A DNA stretch of 63,968 nucleotides, filler included, from an uncultured Rhodopirellula sp. (GCA_964007735.1; 3 parts of 3 records of this genome joined end to end with filler, not necessarily neighbours in it); one strand, 5' to 3'. Counted from the first letter of the whole stretch, positions 1 through 11,046 are shown. Notes: generated from the sequence alone by a model not told the origin. Numbers and translations are program-made.

Positions 1-1
1 G

Positions 2-1126
2 CTGTTCCTGCAGTTCGGCCAACGTGCCTATAATTTCCTCTTGCTCATCCATAGCCGCTTCTATCTCGCCTTCAAAGATCTCTTCTCTAGCCTCCATCGC
101 GGCTTCTTGTGCTCGCTCGATAAGCTCGGCGGCATTTTCATCGTTAGCAACAAGGTTTTCAAGACGCTGTAGTTTTTCACGGATTAGGTTCTGCGCATGT
201 ACAAGCTCATCAATTTTTGTGTCATCCTCCGGATCAACGGTCTCAAGCTCTTCTTTTAAAGTTTCCTGAGCGGTCAGGATATCCTCCGCAGCCTCTGTTG
301 CATCAGAATCGATCCACGCAGGATCTTCAAAGCGCCGTATTTTAAGGAGAATACCTTCGAGGACGGTTACGACTTCTTTTTCTGTCTTGGCGGCATCATT
401 AAAATCGGTTGCTTCTAGCTGAGCCTCTGCTTGCTCGAGAAGCTTTTTCACCTCATTTGCTTCAAGAACGTTTTTACATTCCGTCGCTAGTTTGCCTAAC
501 TCACCAGTCCAGTCCTGTACAAGCTCTAGGGTCTCGCCAAATGCGTCTACGAGTACGGCGACATTCTTTTGTGAATCGATGGTGCTAAGAACGAGCTGTT
601 CCTGAGCGGTAGAGAGGGTGAGTGTATTGTCGAGTGTTGCTTTCTGTTGAATTACAATTTCGCCGATCCGTTCGATCAGCTCAGCTTGTTGTCTGCGTAG
701 CCGTAATCGTTCCCGTTCGCGAAGAAGATCTCGCAGGATTCCGCGCATTCTCGAGTGAACCTGAGCCATCAGTTCTTGCCGCTCCGACGGTTTAGCAATA
801 TCCGCTTTTACTAACAATTCGATCACATCAGGCATTTTCGATTTAGCTAACTGCCCCATTCTGCCGCGCATGGACTTGAGGTCTTCGTATAACGGTAAAT
901 CTGTTAAACGATTATCCTCGAGTTGTTGCATTTGGCGGTCGACTAAAATGGAAAGTAGATCCGTTGTGAGATCCCGAGCCCGCTGCTGGTTTACCTTATA
1001 ACGATCAATTTGTAGACGATCTGCAAGTGAAGGTGCGGCTGGCGGTGCTTGCTGGGCAAGAAGATGCGCGGAGCACAAACTAGCCAGCGTCAAAGCTGCT
1101 AAAACACATTTCTTATGAACATTCAT
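2..1126 (-). CDS. Secreted long coiled-coil protein (partial, runs off the left edge; absent from the ORF track)
   Basis: Manual translation from ATG at 1126, which overlaps the upstream TAA (TAATG): MNVHKKCVLAALTLASLCSAHLLAQQAPP..., a signal-peptide-like start. About 375 codons follow with no stop before the edge, rich in E/Q/L/A heptads. Confidence 0.85.
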   Translation of the reverse strand, partial: MNVHKKCVLAALTLASLCSAHLLAQQAPPAAPSLADRLQIDRYKVNQQRARDLTTDLLSILVDRQMQQLEDNRLTDLPLYEDLKSMRGRMGQLAKSKMPDVIELLVKADIAKPSERQELMAQVHSRMRGILRDLLRERERLRLRRQQAELIERIGEIVIQQKATLDNTLTLSTAQEQLVLSTIDSQKNVAVLVDAFGETLELVQDWTGELGKLATECKNVLEANEVKKLLEQAEAQLEATDFNDAAKTEKEVVTVLEGILLKIRRFEDPAWIDSDATEAAEDILTAQETLKEELETVDPEDDTKIDELVHAQNLIREKLQRLENLVANDENAAELIERAQEAAMEAREEIFEGEIEAAMDEQEEIIGTLAELQEQ

Positions 1127-2748
1127 TATTGACGATCTCCAACCCCCAACTGGGCTTTAATAATCTGATCAAGTTTTTCGTCCGTTTCGGAATCAATATC
1201 CCGCATCGCAGCAAGGAAATTAGCCCGGCTGGTTACCGTAAACTCGATTGGGTCGGACGGGATCGAGACACCCTCCTGCTGGCCACGGTAGTCCGTTACC
1301 CGAAGGGTGACCAATACAGTATCACCAATCTTTAAGCCGTAGTCGGCAAGTTCGATCGGAACAGTGTTGTCGATCTGTTTTGCGTGAGACTTGGACTCAT
1401 TTATCATCCTGGTAATCGTATCATCACTGTTATCCATTCCGACGCGAGTGATGGTTATATCTGCGGTGACGGTATCAATACCAAAGTCGTCGATAGCACG
1501 AAATTTAATGCGTGGAGCTGCGCCGCTCAATACTAAGTTTATCACGGTTGCAGCAGCAATCCGCGGATTTTGGTCCGGCCGGACCTGTAAAATGCCAGTA
1601 ATAGGCCTATCAGGGCTGATACCATTAGTGTCTGTAACACTTATTTGGTATTTGGTGGTCGATTCAACCCCTATTAATGGGTGGTTTTCTATGGGCATCC
1701 TCCAGTCATCACCTTCATTCTTCAATGCAAACACCTGATCCCCCAGCTGAATGGTTGCGGCCCTGAGTTTGTTGTTGGTTGATCTCAAAACTGGATGAAC
1801 GTTAGAACCGGCGAGTACGCTTTGAATACGCCCACCAGCCGACTTTACATTGAAAGATTCGACGGCATATGCCGGGATATCGGCCTTCATTTCAAGTTCG
1901 ATACGTGGGACCTGAAGGACATCATACTTCTTTGTATCACCCATATCGTCACCAACGATTGCGGTCACCGCAAAATCATCAATCACTCGCGGCAGCGTGA
2001 CAGAGTATTCATTCGTGGTTCCAATCCGCACCAGCTTGAGTTCGGACTCAGCATCATTTTTGCCCACGATCTTCAAAATACCATCGTCCGGCACTACTTT
2101 GTTGTCATCAACCCTAACAACGAAGGTGATCGGTCTGCCAACGACAGCATTGGCTTCTATTGTCTCAAGCGAAAGGACGACCGTTTTTGTGGGGTAGGAC
2201 TCCTCACCTAAGGCGATTCGCCGGAGAAAGATATTGAAGTAATCCGGGACAGAGATCGCTACTGCGATAATGATGGCAACGGTAGCCAGGCTTTTGCCCA
2301 GGTTCTTCCATAATGCCGGGCGAGAAAAGCCAAATAGATAATCAATGCCGGGCGAGATTTGGGCAGTGTCGTTGACAACACGTGCGCGCAATTGCTCGGA
2401 ACCGAACTGATCTATATTCGCGTCGTTGAACTGCAGTGCAGCAACCAGATCGGACTGAACGTCCTGATGAGCTTCGATCTTTGCCGCAATGCCGATCAGG
2501 CTTTCGCGGACCGCAATAACGGGAAGCATATATTTCTTGAACAGCCAAGCCAAGGCAATCGCTTCGATGCTCAGTAAGACAACCCGCTCGACAGTATCCA
2601 TTTTACCAACCCAATCCAGCCCAAACGTGATTAGGAACAACCACCCAGCGGCGGTGACCCACTGCGCAACGCCAGACCCAAGCCGGGCGACACTTCGAAA
2701 GCGCCGAACTCGTTTAATGCCGCGATGTAAAGGTGAAAGGTTTGCCAT
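1126..2748 (-). CDS. Membrane protein, DUF4175-like N-terminal part (3 TM segments plus Ig-like beta domains)
   Basis: Two N-terminal TMs, 'SDLVAALQF' motif, a third TM, then beta-rich domains with 'PDQNPRI...AIDDFGI' typical of DUF4175-like proteins in BatA/vWA operons. Confidence 0.7.
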   Translation of the reverse strand: MANLSPLHRGIKRVRRFRSVARLGSGVAQWVTAAGWLFLITFGLDWVGKMDTVERVVLLSIEAIALAWLFKKYMLPVIAVRESLIGIAAKIEAHQDVQSDLVAALQFNDANIDQFGSEQLRARVVNDTAQISPGIDYLFGFSRPALWKNLGKSLATVAIIIAVAISVPDYFNIFLRRIALGEESYPTKTVVLSLETIEANAVVGRPITFVVRVDDNKVVPDDGILKIVGKNDAESELKLVRIGTTNEYSVTLPRVIDDFAVTAIVGDDMGDTKKYDVLQVPRIELEMKADIPAYAVESFNVKSAGGRIQSVLAGSNVHPVLRSTNNKLRAATIQLGDQVFALKNEGDDWRMPIENHPLIGVESTTKYQISVTDTNGISPDRPITGILQVRPDQNPRIAAATVINLVLSGAAPRIKFRAIDDFGIDTVTADITITRVGMDNSDDTITRMINESKSHAKQIDNTVPIELADYGLKIGDTVLVTLRVTDYRGQQEGVSIPSDPIEFTVTSRANFLAAMRDIDSETDEKLDQIIKAQLGVGDRQ

Positions 2749-2751
2749 GAT

Positions 2752-5160
2752 TTATCGGAGGTTACTTAATTTTCTTGCCAGCCATTCGGTATGCATGATT
2801 ATCAGGACAAGCATAAGGATCAGCCAGGTATTCCAGAGAGGAAGTTGGCGTTCGGTGTACTGCTTAATATCCTGAGCTTCCAGTTCGCCGAGAATCTCGG
2901 GCAGTTCATACAACTCACAGGCCTGACCACCGGAGATATCCCCCAGCTGTTTTTGGAGAGAGGTATTTCGCACGACATCCAGTCGTTCGCGTGATGCCGT
3001 TGTTACCTCAAACCCAAGCTCGAACTCTTCATTGGTTTCAGGATCGGTTACCAGCAGCCGATACAACCCCGCCTCCAGCGGCGGGATAGATGTCTCAAAG
3101 ACCACGTTGTCACGTGCTAATGGAATCCGGATGTCATCTAAAGGCTGAGAGCCAGCAGCGGTTTGTCGTAATAGCCGGGCTTCCAAACCGTCGACATCAA
3201 GGTTTTCATAGCTACTGTTGTAGGCTTCGACCGTCACGGTGACACGTTCCCCAGTTTGGTAGGTCGTCAAATCAGTGGACGGTGAAAAGCGTTTTTGTTG
3301 TCCAAGTGCTCGGCCGAGACCTAAGCGATAGATCATTTGTCCCCAGAATTGTCGATAGAACCGTTCGCCGTACTTTCTTCGCAGCCTCCAGGTCTCATTG
3401 AATCCGATATAGATAACCTCCCCTTTGCCATAACGACGTGTGGCAATGATCGGCTGCAGATCGGCATTATCCACGGTCTTGTCGGTGGGATGAGTGGCTA
3501 ACACGGTGGCTAGTGGATGGGCTCGCAAGACAGGCTGATACCAGGGGATGTTTCCCATGTTATTCCAGGCAAGATCATTTTGGCTAGAGTTATCACCAAG
3601 GTTTACAAATGGGTTATTCGATGCCTGAGGTGTGAAGGACATCTGAAACTTAGATGCTTTGGGTCTCATCGACCGGTCCACGACGACCGGTAGCATGTCG
3701 GCCAACTGAGTTCCCTGCAGCGCCCCAATACTAAATCGTGGCCCTGCAATGATCACCAAGCCACCTCCAAACCGCTCGACGTATTCAACCAATTGATCCT
3801 GAAACGGTGTGGTTAGCATTTCACTGGGTACGTCACTAATCAAAACGACATCGTTTGCAAAGAACTCTTCGCGAGGTCGAACCAATCGATCCACAAACAA
3901 GTCATTCGATTGACGCACTTTAAAGTCAGCGGATCGTAAAAATGTACGAAATCCCTCATAGCCGATCAAAGGGTCTCGGTGAAAGACTTCTTTGACAAAT
4001 CGCCATTCCCAAGTCGGTTCGTGTTCAACAAAGAACAGGTTTAATGACTCATCGCGAATAATAACTTCCCGGTCAGCCGAATTATTTCTAGAGCTTACTT
4101 CGCCAGGTATCCCAGATACTTCCGCGATCAATTCAAATCGTCCGGACTGCTCTGGGAGATAGGGCAAATCGACATCAATCGGGCCTTCCTCTAATAGTGC
4201 AGTAATGGGCTCACCAACCGGGAGCTTTTCTGCTGCTAATACAGCATCATCAGCCGTTCCGAGGCGGCGTTGGAAAAGCTGGATCGAGACACTTGCCCCG
4301 GTTGAACCTTGTTGACGTAGGGTGGCAGAAACGGAAGTGTTTTCGTCTTGTTTTAGCACCAAAGGAGCTTGCAGGTCGATTGCGACATCAATCACTTCCT
4401 GAGGCCCAACGCCCGTTGCGTAGATTGGCACCTCAAGTTGTTCGGCGGATGTAAGCGCCGGGTTACCGGCGTTTTGACCGAAGTCACTAACGACGACGAC
4501 CCCGGCTAGGTGCCGAGTACCGTGTCGGCGGTTAAGCTCGTCCAGCGAACTTCCGATAGCCGTTGTCTGGATCTTGGCATCCAATTCACCAGAGAGCTGG
4601 TGTGTTTCCGGATCTTGCTCGAGTTCTTTAATGGAATGCCCTTCGTCCGTTGTGTAATAACGCACATCAAACTCCTCATGGAGCGAATTAATCGCATCCG
4701 CCAGTTTTCCCTGATTCAAGGACGCGTTTAACAGCTCCAGGCGGGTTTTGACGGTTGGGTCAATGCTCTCAGTGGTCATTTGATCCAAAGCATCAGCCTG
4801 TTCGTTTGAAAGCTCGTCCACGAGATTCATGCTGTCAGAACCGTCAAATAACATCAGGAGAATTGGGCGAGGATGTTCTGTAAGAGAAACAGAAACAATA
4901 GGCTCAGCGAGGATGAATCCGATCGTGGCAAGCAGCAGGCTACGAAATGCCGTTAACACAACTCGTCGCCGTTTTTTCTTTTCCAAAGGCTGTTCATTTT
5001 GAAAACGATAATAGAAAAGTGCTCCTAACGCTGCTAACCCAAGGCACACCAGCAACACAAGCACCGGACGGCCTTCACTCCACCAGGCGGCAAACTTGAG
5101 GTTGATATCGTGAATTTCATCAGTGGATTTAATCCCTAGCAGGCGAGCTAAAGCGTTCAT
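2752..5160 (-). CDS. Membrane-anchored vWA + Ig-like + class I glutamine-amidotransferase-like domain protein
   Basis: Two N-terminal TMs, MIDAS 'DGSDSMN...TAIG...VSDFG', 'EHEPTWEWRF', 'VERFGGGLVIIAG', 'RYGKGEV...ETWRLR...FWGQ', C-terminal TM ending 'EWLARK'. Confidence 0.8.
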   Translation of the reverse strand: MNALARLLGIKSTDEIHDINLKFAAWWSEGRPVLVLLVCLGLAALGALFYYRFQNEQPLEKKKRRRVVLTAFRSLLLATIGFILAEPIVSVSLTEHPRPILLMLFDGSDSMNLVDELSNEQADALDQMTTESIDPTVKTRLELLNASLNQGKLADAINSLHEEFDVRYYTTDEGHSIKELEQDPETHQLSGELDAKIQTTAIGSSLDELNRRHGTRHLAGVVVVSDFGQNAGNPALTSAEQLEVPIYATGVGPQEVIDVAIDLQAPLVLKQDENTSVSATLRQQGSTGASVSIQLFQRRLGTADDAVLAAEKLPVGEPITALLEEGPIDVDLPYLPEQSGRFELIAEVSGIPGEVSSRNNSADREVIIRDESLNLFFVEHEPTWEWRFVKEVFHRDPLIGYEGFRTFLRSADFKVRQSNDLFVDRLVRPREEFFANDVVLISDVPSEMLTTPFQDQLVEYVERFGGGLVIIAGPRFSIGALQGTQLADMLPVVVDRSMRPKASKFQMSFTPQASNNPFVNLGDNSSQNDLAWNNMGNIPWYQPVLRAHPLATVLATHPTDKTVDNADLQPIIATRRYGKGEVIYIGFNETWRLRRKYGERFYRQFWGQMIYRLGLGRALGQQKRFSPSTDLTTYQTGERVTVTVEAYNSSYENLDVDGLEARLLRQTAAGSQPLDDIRIPLARDNVVFETSIPPLEAGLYRLLVTDPETNEEFELGFEVTTASRERLDVVRNTSLQKQLGDISGGQACELYELPEILGELEAQDIKQYTERQLPLWNTWLILMLVLIIMHTEWLARKLSNLR

Positions 5161-7529
5161 GCGGCAGCTCCTCCTGTTGAACGATCTTCTTCACGTTGTT
5201 TTGATGCAAGCACACCCATTTCCACAAGCAAGAGCAGTAAAAGCAAATACATCAACCATCGCCAGGTACCGCTGCCAAGATAGGTTTCCCCCTCCAGAGA
5301 GATGGCCTCGCCGGCAGCAAGCCAGCGTACACGGTCACCGGCAACCAATGCCTGCAATTCATCTATTTGCTGTAGCGTCAGGTTGCTTTCCTCGCTGGCC
5401 CCATTAAAGCCTAATAACATGACCGGCACTTCACCGCCGGTTTCCTCTTCTACTCGCACCAGTTGATAAAATCCTCGATCTGTGGCTCCCCGAATAACGA
5501 CGCCATATTTTTGATTGGCAAAAACATCCACGGATATCGCCTCCGTTCCATTGGACGAATGGGCCGGCCACGTGAGTTTGTGGTCCGCATGTTGATGTCT
5601 TACTGAAACAGGAATGACGATTTCGTCCTGCGTAGGCATAGTGCGCTCAGGGAGTGATCGTACCAGTGATGTCCTCACAATTCGGTCTAACAAGAGGACG
5701 CCGGTATCGACGGAAAGGTCATTCCATTCAGGAAAGACTCCGGTAGTGAGAAGCTGAACATGACCTTGACCAATACGTCGTTCAACAAGGAAAGACTGTT
5801 TGTTATCGTATTGGCCTAAAACGCGAGGCCGGTTTCGGGCCACAATCTGCTCAGGGGTAAATTCGCTATAGTGGCGACCAAGTGGATTTGTCCAGTTAAG
5901 CCATCGTGTTTGCAGCGTATCGCGATCGAGCAAGTCCTGAACACGGGAAAGCTCTTTCTCGTCGAACGTATCGAGTGTGCTCAGGTCTGCAGAGATGGCT
6001 TTATAGAAGATAGGAGCCGACACTAAATCCTGAAACGCTTCTTCTGGGAGCTGTAAATTGTAAATTGGATCTTCGAAGGTTTCAGGGTTAAGACTAAATG
6101 TTGGCCATTGCTGGGTGTTAGCGGGAGGCAGGCTTCCCACGGGATCCGGAGAAAGTCCGACAGGCAGGAATCCATTGCCGTCATCCCAGGCCGCCGCATT
6201 CCAGCTTGTTGTTTCAAACAAACCGCCGGCGGTGATCAAGACCTGACCACCCTGCTCCACATATTCTCTCAGCGTTACAACATCAGCGACGTTCGGAGCC
6301 ACGCTTCCCGAAATGATGACGCAGCGAGCATCCTGTAAGTCCTCGATAGTGAAATCTTCAATCGTTCGATGAATCACATCGATTAATGATTTATGCTCGA
6401 CATCTTCATCCAGTGTTGGAGCTAGAAGGTGGCGTAACATGAACGATTCACCCAACCGACCCCGTTCCAAATCTTCATCGCGACCATACTGGTCTATAAA
6501 TACAACAGGGACGCGGGCAATGACAGGGACGACACAGACTCGCCGGTCATCCATTGGCAATCTATCTGTATCTAGCGCCAGTTCGGCTCGAGCGAAGACA
6601 GGATCTTTAGAGGTTCCTGCAGTGACAAACTGATGTTCAAAGTGGACCGCAGTTGCCTGACCAGGCTGTAGTTGGAGAATCTGTTCAGCGACAACCTGAT
6701 CATCAACGATCAATGAAACGGTCACGTTATCTCTGGGGTCGAGGCCCTCATGGCGGACCGTACCGATAAAATGAGCGGTGGATTCCGCGTCTGCAATCCC
6801 ATCACGCAAGTAGAAGTCACTAATCCAGGAATTATCGGTATCGGCCGGCTGGACAGCCACGACCTGAACGTCTCCTAACGCATTTAGAGTTTCTTCGAGG
6901 CTGTTATCCTGCCAGCCATTAGCCTGAAGGTCACCTAGAAGGACGACTCGCTTGGTTTGGACGCCACTGTCTTCGTTTAATGCTAGCCGGGCTTTTTCAG
7001 CAGCAGTTCGTAAATTTGCTTCCTGATCGACCACACGGATTTGGTCGACGGCATTTAAAGCATCTTCTCGTGATGAATATGCTCCCACATTGAACCAATG
7101 TGGCTGCCGACACATTGGGATCACAGAAACTTCGCTACCTGAAGGAAGCGTTTCAATAAAGTTCGTTGCCTGGGATTTCGCTTCATCAAGCAACGATTTG
7201 TCTAAAGCGGTGTATGACATCGAAAGACTGTTGTCGAGCACGATCACGGCATGGATGGGCTCCGTCCCGTTGTAGGCCTGCTGGCCACCACCAATCCAAT
7301 AGGGGCGGGCCATCGCCAATACAAATAGAAGAACGACTAACGTGCGGATGGCCAGCAGAATGAAATCTCGGATTTGAATGGCCCGTCGATTGCGTTTAAC
7401 AGCCTCACGGAGAAACTGCATCGCAGCCCATTGTTGCGTGCGATATCGACGGCGATTCAATAAGTGAATCAGCGTAGGGCCAGCAACAGCGGCTAGAGCG
7501 GGCAAAAACCAAGAAGCGAGAAAGTTCAT
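5157..7529 (-). CDS. BatA (N-terminal double-TM) + vWA domain protein
   Basis: 'PTLIHLLNRRR...WAAMQFL...LAMARP' BatA motif; MIDAS 'DNSLSMS'; C-terminal TM 'WRWLMYLLLLLLLVE'. Confidence 0.85.
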   Translation of the reverse strand: MNFLASWFLPALAAVAGPTLIHLLNRRRYRTQQWAAMQFLREAVKRNRRAIQIRDFILLAIRTLVVLLFVLAMARPYWIGGGQQAYNGTEPIHAVIVLDNSLSMSYTALDKSLLDEAKSQATNFIETLPSGSEVSVIPMCRQPHWFNVGAYSSREDALNAVDQIRVVDQEANLRTAAEKARLALNEDSGVQTKRVVLLGDLQANGWQDNSLEETLNALGDVQVVAVQPADTDNSWISDFYLRDGIADAESTAHFIGTVRHEGLDPRDNVTVSLIVDDQVVAEQILQLQPGQATAVHFEHQFVTAGTSKDPVFARAELALDTDRLPMDDRRVCVVPVIARVPVVFIDQYGRDEDLERGRLGESFMLRHLLAPTLDEDVEHKSLIDVIHRTIEDFTIEDLQDARCVIISGSVAPNVADVVTLREYVEQGGQVLITAGGLFETTSWNAAAWDDGNGFLPVGLSPDPVGSLPPANTQQWPTFSLNPETFEDPIYNLQLPEEAFQDLVSAPIFYKAISADLSTLDTFDEKELSRVQDLLDRDTLQTRWLNWTNPLGRHYSEFTPEQIVARNRPRVLGQYDNKQSFLVERRIGQGHVQLLTTGVFPEWNDLSVDTGVLLLDRIVRTSLVRSLPERTMPTQDEIVIPVSVRHQHADHKLTWPAHSSNGTEAISVDVFANQKYGVVIRGATDRGFYQLVRVEEETGGEVPVMLLGFNGASEESNLTLQQIDELQALVAGDRVRWLAAGEAISLEGETYLGSGTWRWLMYLLLLLLLVEMGVLASKQREEDRSTGGAAA

Positions 7530-7543
7530 TCAGGTATATCGTG

Positions 7544-8650
7544 TTATTTGGTATCGGGGGATTCACCCTCTTGAAGGATGGGTAGATAGCGATTGGGAAT
7601 AGTTAGTACAAATACGGCGACAGATGTTCCGAATAGTTTACCCGGAGTACCACCAACCCGACCGCCTTCCCAGGAACCGTCGATGTCCTGTCGCGTCGAG
7701 TTATATTGTGATTTGACGATGGCATCTCTGAGCACAGGGTAGTTCGTTTTCCAGCGATCCCCGCCAACCTGATATAGGCCTTGGCCGACATAGAACATGG
7801 TGTACGCATCAAAGGGGATATGCCCGGTACGAATGGGCATTTTTTGAATGTCATTGGCAACGTAATCAAGGCTTCGGGGGATACGGAAATCGTCATATTG
7901 ACCGAATTCCTGCAAACAAACTGCACCAGCAGCTGCCATGGCAGTGGTTACTTTCCCACCACTATAAGTAAATGCCCCGGGCCGAGCCCCAAGTGGGTCT
8001 GTTCCGTATTGCTTTCCATCCGCAGCAGCTAATGGGCGGTAGTATCCACGCACTGAGGCAATCGCTTTATCAATTACCTGCGGAGGAATATCCAATCCAA
8101 TATCGGTGGCACCCCGCAAAGCCTTTGCTTGCATGACGGCTAATGATAAGTCATGGCCGCGACTTTGCTGCCGTGCGACATAGTCCCATCCACCGTCATC
8201 ACACTGTACGTTGCAAATCAACTGGATACCTTTATCTAGGATTTTTCCAAGCCGTCTATCAGGAACATTTCCATAGGCTTGCGTTAAGCAAAATGTTGCC
8301 AAGCCGTGGTTGTACATATCTCGACCTTCACTGGAAATATTTAATAGGCCAGATGGTTTTGCGTTAGCGATAATGTAATCCAGTGCTCGCTTTACATTAT
8401 CACCATATTGACTGCGTCCCGGTGCATGTCCGGCAGATAGAAATGCCATGGCTCCAAGTGCAACTAGCCCCAAATCCTGGCTCTCCCAGTTACCGGCCGG
8501 CCCTTGATTGCGAGCAAGCCAGGCGAGTCCTCGATCGACAGCCTTTTCGCTTTCCTGGGTGATTTCCCATTCACCTTCCGCATAGCAACGCAATGGCGCG
8601 GAAACGACCGTAAGTAAGCACAGCACAACGGCCACAGCAACCCGTTTCAT
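7544..8650 (-). CDS. Secreted prenyltransferase/squalene-oxidase-repeat (alpha-alpha toroid) protein
   Basis: Signal peptide; QW-like repeats 'WLARNQGPAGNW', 'VQCDDGGWDY', 'SQ...DGSW'; 'MYNHGLAT'. Confidence 0.8.
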   Translation of the reverse strand: MKRVAVAVVLCLLTVVSAPLRCYAEGEWEITQESEKAVDRGLAWLARNQGPAGNWESQDLGLVALGAMAFLSAGHAPGRSQYGDNVKRALDYIIANAKPSGLLNISSEGRDMYNHGLATFCLTQAYGNVPDRRLGKILDKGIQLICNVQCDDGGWDYVARQQSRGHDLSLAVMQAKALRGATDIGLDIPPQVIDKAIASVRGYYRPLAAADGKQYGTDPLGARPGAFTYSGGKVTTAMAAAGAVCLQEFGQYDDFRIPRSLDYVANDIQKMPIRTGHIPFDAYTMFYVGQGLYQVGGDRWKTNYPVLRDAIVKSQYNSTRQDIDGSWEGGRVGGTPGKLFGTSVAVFVLTIPNRYLPILQEGESPDTK

Positions 8651-8745
8651 GTCATCTCCAGTTAGTGTCCAGGTAAACCTTCATTATACACAGCGAAGCC
8701 TTTCAATAGCTCCGCCGAAAGAAGCCCGGAAGACAAATAGCCGGT

Positions 8746-11046
8746 TTAATTCGACCCGTTTTGGGTTCGGAAACCTGCGTTGCCAAGCAACCCAATGCTG
8801 GTTTGGGTGCCACTCCGTATCGTAATGGTGTGGCACCCGGCGGGGATAGCAATACGTACATTAGCTCCCTGTGTTTGACGAGAGAAATAGCCGTTAGCCT
8901 GATTCGTTCCAAGGCTGGCATTGAATAGTTCCTTCGAGGTCCAAATGGGCTCTTCTGTATCGTCAACAAAGACTTCATATGTGCCAACAGAAGTTGATCC
9001 ATCAGCTAGACCGAGGATCATTTCCAGATGAGTGTATTCCGGTTTTAGTTGGTATACGAGCTCACTTCGACCTGGGAAGACGTAACCGTCCGGAATAGCG
9101 AGGGACCTGACAGTAAGTGGTACATCAGCTTTCAGCAAGCCGGGCTCAGGCATTTTGTCATAACCTGGAAGAACCAATTTAACCGGCGTCAGTGATGAGA
9201 GTGGAATGTCCGGCTGAGGAAGTTCACCGGAAGCAGGGAGGCCGCGCACAATCGGTTGCAAGCCAAAGCTGGCAAAAGTGATTCCTTGCGGCTTATAAGT
9301 TCCCGCTTCGCGTGGCATGACCAGGATGCGAATTTCTACTTCTTTATTCACCCGGTCTCCCAGCAACCAATGGCGTGTATCAAATTTAGCAACTTGACCG
9401 GTGAGGCTGATATTACCATTCAAAATCGATGTGGCGGGCTCATTGTTCACTAGAACCTGAATCGTGGTTGTTTTATCGCCAATACCATCAGCAGATGCTG
9501 ATAAGACAACCCAGCTATTATTAGGGGTGAGCGTTACTTTTTGATGGAATTCCATCACGGGGGTCTCGGCAACGACGCCGACCGCCGCTTTCCATGAAAT
9601 GGTGGAAAGCCATCGGCCACCGGAGGAGTCCCAGTGTGAGGTTAGATGAATATGTGAACGAAAGTTATCCGGGATTTGCCAACCAGAGGTTGAGGTGATG
9701 TAACGCTGCACTTCATCCACTTTTTGCCGCGCAGCATTTAGATCGATAGTAAGTAGTGGCATGATCCAGCTAACATCATCACGAATATCAAATGGATCAA
9801 CCCCAGCCGGCCGACCAGTATGCCCAAAATCTGTTTCAATAATCAGGTTTGTTGCATCCGTTAGCCCGCTAACGTCGGCAACGGTATATGGATTAGAGCC
9901 TATTAAGAAGCCGCTTTGATAGACCGCCGACTCCGCACCAGCCCCGTTTGCTTTGGAGATCCGAACTTGAGCACATCCGCCGCCTTCCGCGGTTTGATCA
10001 ATTCCCAGATAAGACATAAATCGAGTTGTGATTCCAGCAGGTATTTGAAAAGACAACTTGCTGTATGAGTGCGTGCTTAAGCCCACATCGCTAATCATCT
10101 CACCGGCGATCAAGACCGACCCCAGTCGGTTTTTATTTCGTCTCCACGGCCACTGAAACCCAGTAAAGTTCTTTTGCTCGACGATGCTGGCCGGCAGGGA
10201 GGATATCGGCAACTGATTATTTTCCCGGTAGCTGATATGGGTTACGCTGTCGAACAGAATGCGGATTGAATCAAGAGACCAGGCAGGCTGAATCGTGTGA
10301 AAAATGAAGTTGCTTTCCCGTCGTAGTGGAATGAGCATGCTCTCTCGAAATGTAAATACACCCCCATCAGCAGTGGAATATCTGGCAAGACGACTGGTCG
10401 CCTCATTAGACGGGGCGAGATAGTCATCGAGTACACAGTCGATCGGCAGCAGAGTTTTGTCAGCATTTGGAAATACAGCAGATAACTGAACCCAATTGGC
10501 CGAAACATTACGGTTATCACTCAATGCCCTCAAGCCGGTTTCCGACCATCGCATGCTAGTTGCCCGCATCACTGTTTCATCACGGAGCACAACAGTACCT
10601 GGAGGATGGTCAGTATCTGTGATGCGAGATGATTCCAACACCACTCGTCTCACATGGCTCGCTTTAACACGAATGGTACCGTTGGCTTCAGCGAAAGGCC
10701 GATAGTTTCCACTGAGGTGGACGATATAGTGTTCGGGAATGCCCTTCACAGGATCAGCTTCCCCGTAGCCAATAACCTGCCCTGGCAAGATGTCATGGTT
10801 GTGGAATTCGAGGAATGTGGCAGTTCGCTCAATAGAAGCACCGAGTTTCTCGAAGTAGCGGATTTTTTTGGTATCACTGACCAGTGGCACGGTATCCAAG
10901 GTTGGGGGATTGTCTACTCGGTCCCATCCAGCAAGCTTGATTCCCGTTACAACCTCTTTTTCACCATAAATTACGCGATACTCTGGTTCTTGAGCGATAA
11001 GGTACGAAGTCGATAGAAGCAGGAGTATTAATGATCTCGTTATCAT
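8746..11046 (-). CDS. Secreted protein with two NPCBM/NEW2-like carbohydrate-binding modules
   Basis: Signal peptide; 'GLSTHSYSKLSF...FMSYLGID...G' and 'GRSELVYQL...LEMILGLAD...SVGTYEVFVD' match the NPCBM pattern. Confidence 0.65.
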   Translation of the reverse strand: MITRSLILLLLSTSYLIAQEPEYRVIYGEKEVVTGIKLAGWDRVDNPPTLDTVPLVSDTKKIRYFEKLGASIERTATFLEFHNHDILPGQVIGYGEADPVKGIPEHYIVHLSGNYRPFAEANGTIRVKASHVRRVVLESSRITDTDHPPGTVVLRDETVMRATSMRWSETGLRALSDNRNVSANWVQLSAVFPNADKTLLPIDCVLDDYLAPSNEATSRLARYSTADGGVFTFRESMLIPLRRESNFIFHTIQPAWSLDSIRILFDSVTHISYRENNQLPISSLPASIVEQKNFTGFQWPWRRNKNRLGSVLIAGEMISDVGLSTHSYSKLSFQIPAGITTRFMSYLGIDQTAEGGGCAQVRISKANGAGAESAVYQSGFLIGSNPYTVADVSGLTDATNLIIETDFGHTGRPAGVDPFDIRDDVSWIMPLLTIDLNAARQKVDEVQRYITSTSGWQIPDNFRSHIHLTSHWDSSGGRWLSTISWKAAVGVVAETPVMEFHQKVTLTPNNSWVVLSASADGIGDKTTTIQVLVNNEPATSILNGNISLTGQVAKFDTRHWLLGDRVNKEVEIRILVMPREAGTYKPQGITFASFGLQPIVRGLPASGELPQPDIPLSSLTPVKLVLPGYDKMPEPGLLKADVPLTVRSLAIPDGYVFPGRSELVYQLKPEYTHLEMILGLADGSTSVGTYEVFVDDTEEPIWTSKELFNASLGTNQANGYFSRQTQGANVRIAIPAGCHTITIRSGTQTSIGLLGNAGFRTQNGSN

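Noticed and set aside
7544..8650. Squalene-hopene cyclase
   Set aside because: Only 368 aa (one toroid), has a signal peptide, lacks the DxDD motif and sits in a vWA operon.
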